Assembly: GCA_002269645.1 (NCBI GenBank)
Contig: NIVC01004944.1
Location: 1 to 30,537 of the forward strand
Length of the DNA stretch: 30,537 bases
Origin: Macrostomum lignano
Taxonomy: Eukaryota
Direction: 5' to 3'
The translations under genes and the position numbers were made by a program. Positions 1 through 9,900 of this stretch are shown in pieces; within the stretch, counting starts at the first letter, position 1, and every line of letters starts with the position of its first letter. The notes below the pieces were generated by a model. The model was not told the origin of the DNA. It ran no database searches and saw nothing but the letters and a program-made list of their open reading frames with translations.

Positions 1-129
1 CAACCAACCCGTTCCTTGAAGACATCGACCAAGCGTCAGGGCAGGCCTCAGCAATTCAGCAGTACGCCTATCCTCCAGCTCACGATACGCAGCGCTGCCA
101 GACTACAATCCGGACCGGCTCTTCCGCCA

Positions 130-880
130 GTACCTAAGCCTGCACCGTACAACGGTCGGGAGGATTTCGACGACTTTCTCATCAGATCAGCGCCTATATT
201 AGCCGGTTCCAGGCCTTCGAGACGCCGACAAGATCAACACCCTGACTGCGTTCCTCGGACCGGCCTTTGCAACGTACACCACCTGGCTGGCGATCCAGTG
301 TGCCTACGTCGGACTGCCACCGGGGACAACCCTGGACCAGCTACCTGGTGTCCGCTATGAGGCCTCGTTGAACACCTCCGGTCTCGTCACGGCGGGGCCA
401 AGAGTGCAGCGCTACTTCGCCGCGAGTTCCGTGCTCGGCAGCGTCGACCAGAGGAGAGCTTCGAAACGTACCTGACGGAGCTTCAACGGCTAGCTGCAAG
501 GGCATACCCGGACCAAGAGCTCAGGCTTACGTCCAACAGACAGTTAGCGAGCAGTTCATGCATGGTCTCAATGACGGCTACGTCACCGAGCGACTACTGA
601 ATCAACCAACACCACCAAGCACTGTGGAGCAGGTTCTACGAATAGCCCAGCAGCTTCGAGAAACCGGGCCTACATGGATGCTGGCCGTGGCGAAATCCAG
701 CCCCAGCAACCGAGACCACCACAGAGCCAACTTTCAGCGCCACCGAAACCACTAATGCCTCAGCAGCCTGCCTCATCTGGCGGTCGAGGACAGCAACGAC
801 AGCAATCACCGGCTAGTTCCAACTGTTTCGGCTGCGGTCAGCCGGCCACATCCGACGCAATTGCCCAAACGCCGAGGGGG
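130..880 (+). pseudogene. gag: Gag of gypsy element 1, frameshifted as assembled; start not defined
   Basis: Manual frame-joining gives YNGREDFDDFL...LRREFRARQRRPEESFETYLTELQRLAARAYP and a CCHC knuckle CFGCGQP[G]HIRRNC (about 823-865) after one frameshift. Confidence 0.75.
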
Positions 881-959
881 CTGGTTCACGAGGCCAGCAC
901 CGGCCCTCTCAGCACTAACGCATTCGGCCTCAACACCACGCCTCAGCAGCTGCCAGCCT

Positions 960-3900
960 GGCCAGGTGCGCTTCGTCACAGCGCGCATCCTTAGACGACG
1001 GCGCCACTGTCTGATCGACACCGGGGCAGAGGTGTCCTGCATCAGCGATGACATATGTAAGAAAGCTAGGCGGCGGCTGCAGCCCAGCAGCATCATCATA
1101 AGAGGCGTGGATGGCAACCTACAGTCTGTGCTGGGCGAGACTACTTTGCAGTGACTCTGGGAACCGTACAAGTCCATCATCGTTTCGTCGTACTCGAGAA
1201 GCTTCACCCGACGTCCGTCATCCTGGGCTGTGACTTCCTCAGTGAACACGACGTCTCGGTCCATCTCCAAGCCGGTTGCATCACTTTCAACAGCCTAGGC
1301 GTGTCGATTCCAGCTCGAAAAAGTAAAGAGGCAGCACAGACCTGCAAGCTCGTATCAGCGGCCTCCGTGCAGCTGCAGCCAGGGAGCGCTGGATAATCCC
1401 GTTAAACCAGCAAAGTCGGCCTCGTGGACGCGATCGGAGTGTCCAGGAGTCGTCACCGGCACAAGATCACAGGGCTCCTGGTGGGTCGTTGTGTTGCCAA
1501 GCTGGTCGAGAGAGGCATGGGCCTAGCAGTCATCAACGTCGACGACCACACGGTCAACATCAGCGACGGCGACATTGTTGGCATCTTTTCCCCGCTAGGA
1601 AGTCAGCCATTCGTTCAGCAATCGGGTGCCGCTGGCAGCACGGCGGCGACGGCCGCTGGCAGCACGGCGGCCGACGGCACTGGCAGCACGGCGGCGACGG
1701 CCACTGGCAGCACGGCGGCGACGGCCACTGGCAGCACGGCGGCGACGGCCGCTGGCAGCACGGCGGCGACGGCCGCTGGCAGCACGGCGGCGACGGCCGC
1801 TGGCAGCACGGCGGCGACGGCCGCTGGCAGCACGGCGGCGACGGCCGCTGGCAGCACGGCGGCGACGGTCGCGGTCAGCACGGCTACATCAACAACAGCT
1901 TTAGCGACGGACTTACCTCGCACCAACTGGCTGAACGACGTGCACATCGAAAGCTCTATCTCCGTCGAAGAGCAACAGTCGGTCAAGGATTTGCTGTTAG
2001 AGTTCAGCACCGTTTTTGCATCCCCTGGCAATGCTGGTCGAACTGCAGTCCTGCAGCATCGCATCGACACCGGCGGGGCAAGGCCGATCCGGCAGGGTTT
2101 GCGGCGTGCAGCGCGTCCAGTCATCGACAAGCAGGCCGAATTGATCGACGACATGCTGACCAAAGGAGTAATCCGGCCGTCTTCATCGCCTTGGGCTTCG
2201 CCAATCGTGCTTGTTCGTAAGAAGGACGGGACAGCGCGCTTTTGCTTAGACTATCGACTGCTCAATGAGGTCACCAAGCCGGACGCTTTTCCAATTCCGA
2301 GGATCGACGACACACTCGATGCGCTGCAAGGCAACGCCTACTTTCTCGGCACTCGATCTGGAGAGTGGCTACTGGCAGGTTGAGGTCGAGGAGCGCGACA
2401 AAGAGAAAACTGCTTTCATCTGCCATCAAGGCCTCTTCGAGTTCAACGTCATGCCGTTTGGTCTGCGCAATGCCCCGGCAACCTTTCAACGCCTCATGCA
2501 GCTGGTGCTCCAAGGCCTGACCTGGCAAGCGTGCCTGGTCTTCATCGACGACGTTATTGTCATGGGCCGGACTATCGAGGAGCACAACTATCGGCTGCGG
2601 GCGGTGTTCGAGCGGCTGCGGACGCGAACCTACGCTTGAAGCCATCTAAATGCCATTTCGCCAACACCACGATGATCGTCTTGGGCCATCGAGTTTCCAA
2701 GTCGGGTATCACCGTCGACGAGTCAAAGACTGCTGCGATCCGAGACTGGCCTACACCCCGAACTTCCAAGGAGGTCAAGAGCTTCCTAGGTCTCGCAGCC
2801 TACTATAGACGGTTCATTCGGGATTATTCAAAGATCGCCGAGCCGCTACGACGCCTGACGGTTCCGACAGAAAGGTTTCAGTGGACGTCCAAGGCCCAAG
2901 AAGCATTCGACCAACTGAAGGCAACACTGACCTCTGCTCCAATCCTCGCCTTCCGGATACTAGTGCGACCAGCTCGGAGTTCATTCTGGACACTGACGCC
3001 AGCGACTGCGCCATTGGTGCGGTACTCTCTCAACTGCAGGCGGGCGAAGAACGAGTCATCGCGTACTCCAGCAGAGCACTAACAAAAGCCGAGCGCAACT
3101 ACTGTGTAACGAGGCGGGAGCTGCTGTCCGTCGTTGAGCATGTCAGGAAGTTCCGGAATTACCTGCTGCCTCGGAAGTTCACCGTGCGGGTCGATCATCA
3201 GTCTCTAACGCACCTGCTGACATTCAAGGAGCCCGAAGGTCAACTCGCGCGGTGGCTGCAGACGCTAGACGAGTTCGACTTCAGAGTACTCTATCGGCCG
3301 GGCCGTCAACACAACAACGCCGATGCGCTGTCCCGTCAGCAGCAGCGCTGTACCAACCAGTGTCGGGTGTGTCGACCAACAAATGAGACCACCAGCAGGA
3401 CGACATCCTCGTTGCCTGCCAGACCGACGCCAACAGTGATGCCGCCGCTGCCGCCCAGATCAACGCAGCGACCATCAAGCTAGTGTCGACGGCTACCGAC
3501 GAAGCTGTTCAGACCGACAATGTGCATGTCTGCGTCGGCACCGTGCCATCAAGGCGCAAGCAAATCCATCAGCCCCGGTCGGACGACAGCGAAGAAAGCA
3601 GCAGCAGCGAGGACGACACCAACGAAGATGAATCCGCAGCGCCAGCGGCAGACAACAGGCCACCGACGCTACGTATGCTTCAGCTGCAGGATCCGGTTAT
3701 CAGTCCGGTGTTCCGACTGCTGGCCGACGGCAAGACTAGGTTTACCGACCGACAACGCGACCGAGTACCGCCGGAGAGCCTGGTGCTGGCGCAGAAGGTG
3801 CATGACTTGTGTTTCGTGAACGGTACACTGCACAGGCTGGTCAACACAAAGCCAGTACCCGTCATTCCCCGCTGCCGACAACGCGAATTTGTCGACGAGA

Positions 3901-5017
3901 TTCACAACGTCGGCCACCTGGGCGAAGTCAAGACGCTGGCCAGCCTAAAGACGCGTTGCTACTGGCCAAAAATGTCGGAGAGCGTCCGTTGGCCGTTCGG
4001 TCATGCCAGGTTTGCCAGCGGGCAAAGACTCCGGTTATCAAGCGGGCGCCGCTACAGTCCATCACTGCAGGGTTTCCAATGCAGCGTGTCGGGTTCGACA
4101 TTGTCAAGGTCGGCGCTTCCAGAAACGGCAACGATCGGATCCTGAGCATCGTCGACTACTTCAGCAAGTGGACGGAGCTGGTGCCGATTCCGGACGAGAA
4201 GGCGACGACAATTGCCAAGGCCCTCTTCAACAACTGGATCTCCAGGTGGGGTGCTCCGCATATTCTCCACTCCGACCGCGGCAAGAGCATCGATGGCCGC
4301 ATCATTCGCAGTCTCTGTACACTATTGGAGGTCGACAAGACTCGAACGTCGGGCTATCATCCTCAATGTGACGGCCTCGTGGAGAGATTTCATCGGACAC
4401 TCCATCAGATGTTGCGCTGCCACCTTCAAACTGTCGATCCGCTGGACTGGGAGGACGCCCTGCCGTACTGTCTCCTAGCCTATCGAAGCAGCATCAGCGC
4501 GACGACCGGATTTTCCCCACATTTCCTGATGACGGGCCGGGAGGTGGTTCTGCCATTGGACGTTGTCTATCGGTCCCCAGAGCCTCCATCCGTCGTCGGC
4601 CAGTACGCAGTAGAGACCATTCAACGACTGCAGGACGCCTTTGACGCTGTGCGGAGGTCAACTGGCGCGGCTCAACGACGGCAGAAGCGGTACTACGATC
4701 TGAAAGCCCAGAAGCGCAAGTTTCGCACCGGCGATCTAGTGTGGCTGTTCGTTCCGCCTGCTGTGCTGTCCAGGACCAACTGTCTGCCTCCGAAGCATCA
4801 ATCACCGTGGACAGGCCCATTTAAAGTCATGCGCAAGACATCACCTGTCAACTACTTGGTGCGGCCGATCAATTACACGGACGGGGAGATCAAGGGGCGC
4901 GTCGTGCATGTCAACAAGTTGAAGCGAGCGTGTCTGCAACGGACCCAGTCTGCTCAGCGTGCTGATCAGGACGCCAGTAGTGACGATGAAGGGCAACTTG
5001 TTGACGCTGAGGACTGA
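960..5017 (+). pseudogene. pol: Pol of gypsy element 1 (protease, RT, RNase H, integrase), split by several frameshifts
   Basis: PR: LIDTGAEVSCI, ILGCDFL. RT: SPWASPIVLVRKKDG, FCLDYRLLN, LDLESGYWQV, MPFGLRNAPATFQR, FIDD. RNase H: LDTDAS, RELL, DHQSL, NADALSR. Integrase: HNVGH..CQVC, GFDIV, HSDRG, GLVERF, WTGPF. Stop TGA ends at 5017. Confidence 0.92.
1631..1870 (+). repeat. In-frame 24-bp minisatellite, 10 units (GCTGGCAGCACGGCGGCGACGGCC), encoding (A/T)GSTAATA
   Basis: Units counted directly; visible in ORF 1424-2383 between protease and RT. Confidence 0.95.
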
Positions 5018-5260
5018 CTAACGCACGTTGAGGACTGACTGACTGGTTGTAGCCAGCAGTTTTGCTTTATAGGTCGTAGGTCTAGAACTTTTTAATAGCG
5101 TCTATCTATTAGCTTAGTAATCCTGATTTAGATTTAATTGTTCGAAACCCGGTTATCTCGAATTGTTCTATTTGCTACAGCTGGTTCTGTTCTTCCCTAT
5201 TGGAGTAGCTTTCATCTGTCGTTTCCACCCCTTGGGTTTAATGAGGACATTAAACTGTTG

Positions 5261-5269
5261 AAAGGGGAG
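5261..5269 (+). other. Polypurine tract of gypsy element 1
   Basis: AAAGGGGAG, 4 bp upstream of TGTAATA. Confidence 0.7.
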
Positions 5270-5273
5270 CTTT

Positions 5274-5631
5274 TGTAATAGTGCTCAATTTGCGTGCGCG
5301 TGCACTTCTAGTGTTTTCTCCGTATTTCTTTCTGCGTCACCCCACCCCTGCGTATAGCCTTTTCTAGAAATTTCTTTTTGTTTCTGATTGGCTGAAAACG
5401 CGTGAATAACGAGCCCCAACCAATAGAGTGCTTAGTGCCTACCCTATCGGCGAAATCCGATTGGTTAGGATTTTCTAAGCTGCGTTTTTCACCCTGCCCT
5501 CCCCCATCGCGGTCAGTCTATTTAATCAAGCAAGCTGGAACGCAAATAAATCAAGTTTTGAAGTTGAAGTTGAAGTTTTTTCTCTGACTAAAGAAGTCCC
5601 GGCAGTTCAAACTCAAGAATACGCGGCTACA
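5274..5631 (+). repeat. Probable 3' LTR of gypsy element 1 (358 bp)
   Basis: Begins TGTA right after the PPT, ends GCTACA, contains TATTTAA (about 5519) and AATAAA (5545-5550). The 5' LTR is outside the window, so the right boundary is inferred. Confidence 0.65.
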
Positions 5632-5924
5632 GATGAAGTATTTGAAAGCGCGCCAGAATATTTTTACGGTATTTTTGTACGAAAAGTGACGACTAACAAC
5701 TAACAACGAGTATAAATATTAATACAGAAATGAGTACGAATTACGAGGTATAGCTTTGATTGCAAGATTACGATATTTGTAAAAGTAAGGTATTTGAAAG
5801 AGCGTCTAGAATTTTTTTTTTATAAAACGGTTTTCCAGCCCATTAACGAGTCACGACTAACGACAGAATAACAAGATTCAAAGCAGGGAAAAATAAAAAA
5901 TCAATGTCTTACATGTATATATAT

Positions 5925-5931
5925 GACCTTA
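5925..5931 (+). repeat. Left target-site duplication GACCTTA of the fold-back element
   Basis: Identical to 29824-29830 and abuts the first base of the left arm. Confidence 0.85.
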
Positions 5932-6980
5932 CAGCCGTGTCCCACTCGTGAGGCCATTCTATCCTCGGAAAACACGGCCTTGCAGCCCAGTAATGAATGC
6001 AGCGGTGTAGCGCTGCATGTATTTCTGGCTTTATTTTACGTTGTATTTAATACATTTGCGCACGTATGCACCAGCCGGTTCTATAAGCCACCGTGGGTGA
6101 TATTGGTAAACAAGTGTACAATTCAAATTGCATTTTAGCTAGCTATTAAAATAAGCCTGCCTATACATAAAATTTTACCACTTGCCAATTAGTTAGGCTT
6201 AGATTTATTTATTGCTCTTTAGACTTTGGAATCATTTAAAATTTACATAACTATATCCTATTTTTTGTTTAGCCTAGGCAAAATGCATATTTAATAAGCT
6301 TTCTAGGCTTCTAAAATCTAATAGCAATAGATAAAAACTACCTACCTAGTAATTTTTTACCTAATAGTAATACAAAGCCAAGCCTTCTATTTCAAATCAT
6401 TGATTATTTTCTACTATTGACTAGTAGGTCTAATTCTAAGTCTAAAATATTTTCTTTTCTTTTGTGTTATAAAGCCTTTATGCTATGTTAGAATATGTTT
6501 TTTAATGATAATAAGATTAAGAATCTTTTTTTTCTTTGGATCTAAAATTCATTTGGTCCTTCTTTAATTTAAGTAGCTTAGGCCTATCTTTTTATAAGAC
6601 CTAAGCCTAGCCTATGTTTATAATGTATTATATTAAAATGTTTTAATAATATTGTTTTATGGGAATCAAAAGTAGGAATATAACTATATAAGATAAAGCA
6701 TGCCTAAAATAAAACTCTTTTTGAAATAATTAGCCATAGTCTAATCAACTATAGACTAAGTAATAACTATTCATTGCCACTATATAAAGTCATGATATCC
6801 CTCTAGTTGTGACCTTTTCTTCCCCTCTAATGCTAGGCCTTACCTTTTTCTTTCTAGCCCATATTCTCTTCTCTAAAGCCTCACCTTCTTTTCCCTTCAG
6901 TATTACCCTCCTCCCCAGTCCCACAATGTTTTCCCATTAAATTCTTACCCTTTTTTCATAATCTCACCCTCTTACTCCTA

Positions 6981-9900
6981 CCCTCTAGCCCCACCTTCCT
7001 AGCCTCTAGTCCCACTATCCTTCCCTCCAGCCCCACCCTCCTTCCCTCTAGCCCCGCCCTCCCTTCCAGCTTCTACCCTTTTCTCTCCTCTAGACCCATC
7101 CCTTCTCTCCAGCCCCACCCCTTCCTTCCAGCCCCACCCATTCCCTCCAGCCCTACCTCTTCCCTCCAGCCCCTCCCCTTCCCTCCAGCCCCACCCCTTT
7201 CCTCTAGCCCCAACCCTCCCCTCCAGCTTCCACCCTCTTCTCCCCTCTAGCCCAACCCTCCTACCCTCTAGCCCCACCCTCCTTCCCTCCAGCCCCACCC
7301 TCCTCTCTAGCCCCACCCTCCTTCCCTCCAGCCCCACCCTCCTACCCTCTAGCCCCACCCTCCTTCCCTCCAGCCCCACCCTCCTACCCTCTAGCCCCAC
7401 CCTCCTTCCCTCCAGCCCCACCCTCCTACCCTCTAGCCCCTCTCCTTCCCTCCAGCCCCACCCTTTCCTCTAGCCCCAACCCTCCCCTCCAGCTTCCACC
7501 CTCTTCTCCCTCTAGCCCAACCCTCCTACCCTCTAGCCCCACCCTCCTACCCTCTAGCCCCACCCTCCTTCCCTCCAGCCCCACCCTCCTACTCTCTAGC
7601 CCCACCCTCCTTCCCTCCAGCCCCACCCTCTTCTCTTCTGTAGCCCCACCCCACCCCCTTCCCTCCAGCCCCACCCTCCTACCCTCTAGCCCTGCCCTCC
7701 CCTCCAGTTTCCAACCTCTTCTCCTTTCTAGCCCCACCCTCCCCTCCAGCTTCCACCCTCTTCTCCCCTCCAGCCCCACCCTCCTACCCTCCAGCCCCAC
7801 CCTCCCCTCCAGTTTCCAACCTCTTCTCCCCTCCAGCCTCACCCTCTTCTCCCCTCCAGCCCCACCCTCCTACCCTCTAGCCCCACCCTCCCCTCCAGCT
7901 TCCACCCTCTTCTCCCCTCCAGCCCCACCCTCCTTCCCTCCAGCCCCACCCTCCTACCCTCTAGCCCCACCCTCCTTCCCTCCAGCCCCACCCTCCTACC
8001 CTCTAGCCCCACCCTCCTTCCCTCCAGCCCCACCCTCCTACCCTCTAGCCCCTCTCCTTCCCTCCAGCCCACCCCTTTCCTCTAGCCCCAACCCTCCCCT
8101 CCAGCTTCCACCCTCTTCTCCCTCTAGCCCAACCCTCCTACCCTCTAGCCCCACCCTCCTTCCCTCCAGCCCCACCCTCCTCTCTAGCCCCACCCTCCTT
8201 CCCTCCAGCCCCACCCTCCTACCCTCTAGCCCCACCCTCCTTCCTCCAGCCCCACCCTCCTACCCTCTAGCCCCACCCTCCTTCCCTCCAGCCCCACCCT
8301 CCTACCCTCTAGCCCCTCTCCTTCCCTCCAGCCCCACCCCTTTCCTCTAGCCCCAACCCTCCCCTCCAGCTTCCACCCTCTTCTCCCTCTAGCCCAACCC
8401 TCCTACCCTCTAGCCCCACCCTCCTTCCCTCCAGCCCCACCCTCCTCTTTAGCCCCACCCTCCTTCCCTCCAGCCCCACCCTCCTACCCTCTAGCCCCAC
8501 CCTCCTTCCCTCCAGCCCCACCCTCCTACCCTCTAACCCCACCCTCCTTCCCTCCAGCCCACCCTCCTCTTTAGCCCCACCCTCCTTCCCTCCAGCCCAC
8601 CCTCCTACCCTCTAGCCCCACCCTCTTTCCCTCCAGCCCCACCCTCCTACCCTCTAACCCACCCTCCTTCCCTCCAGCCCCACCCTCCTACCCTCCAGCC
8701 CCACCTCCTACCCTCTAACCCCACCCTCCTTCCCTCCAGCCCCACCCTCCTACCCTCTAGCCCCACCCTCCTTCCCTCCAGCCGCACCCACTTCTCTTCT
8801 GTAGCCCCACCCCACCCCCTTCCCTCCAGCCCCACCCTCCTACCCTCTAGCCCTGCCCTCCCTTCCAGCTTCCACCCTCTTCTCCCCTCCAGCCCCACCC
8901 TCCTACCCTCTAGCCCCACCCTCCTACCCTCTAGCCCTGCCCTCCCTTCAAGCTTCCACCCTCTTCTCCCCTCCAGCCCCACCCTCCTACCCTCCAGCCC
9001 CACCCTCCTTCCCTCCAGCCCCACCCTCCTACCCTCTAGCCCCACCCTCTTTCCCTCCAGCCCCACCCTCCTACCTCTAACCCCACCCTCCTACCCTCTA
9101 ACCCCACCCTCCTTCCCTCCAGCCCCACCCTCCTACCTCCAGCCCCACCCTCCTACCCTCTTACCCCACCCTCCTTCCCTCCAGCCCCACCCTCCTACCC
9201 TCTAGCCCCACCCTCCTTCCCTCCAGCCGCACCCACTTCTCTTCTGTAGCCCCACCCCACCCCCTTCCCTCCAGCCCCACCCTCCTACCCTCTAGCCCTG
9301 CCCTCCCTTCCAGCTTCCACCCTCTTCTCCCTCCAGCCCCACCCTCCTACCCTCTAGCCCCACCCTCCTACCCTCTAGCCCTGCCCTCCCTTCAAGCTTC
9401 CACCCTCTTCTCCCCTCCAGCCCCACCCTCCTACCCTCCAGCCCCACCCTCCTACCCTCTAGCCCCACCCTCCTACCCTCTAGCCCTGCCCTCCCTTCCA
9501 GCTTCCACCCTCTTCTCCCCTCCAGCCCAACCTCCTACCCTCCAGCCCCACCCTCCTACCCTCTAGCCCCACCCTCCTACCCTCTAGCCCTGCCCTCCCT
9601 TCCAGCTTCCACCCTCTTCTCCCCTCCAGCCCCACCCTCCTACCCTCCAGCCCCACCCTCCTACCCTCTAGCCCTGCCCTCCCTTCCAGCTTCCACCCTC
9701 TTCTCCCCTCCAGCCCCACCCTCCTTCCCTCCAGCCCCACCCTCCTACCCTCTAGCCCCACCCTCCTTCCCTCCAGCCCCACCCTCCTACCCTCTAGCCC
9801 CACCCTCCTTCCCTCCAGCCCCACCCTCCTACTCTCTAGCCCCACCCTCCTTCCCTCCAGCCCCACCCTCTTCTCTTCTGTAGCCCCACCCCACCCCCTT

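Larger units (their letters stand above)
1..5631 (+). mobile_element. Ty3/gypsy LTR retrotransposon 1 (5' part outside window)
   Basis: Gag-PR-RT-RNaseH-integrase order across ORF fragments, followed by a polypurine tract and a TGTA...TACA-bounded LTR candidate. Confidence 0.93.

Noticed and set aside
6190-6840. TTAGGC as nematode-type telomeric repeat
   Set aside because: Only scattered single words, never tandem.
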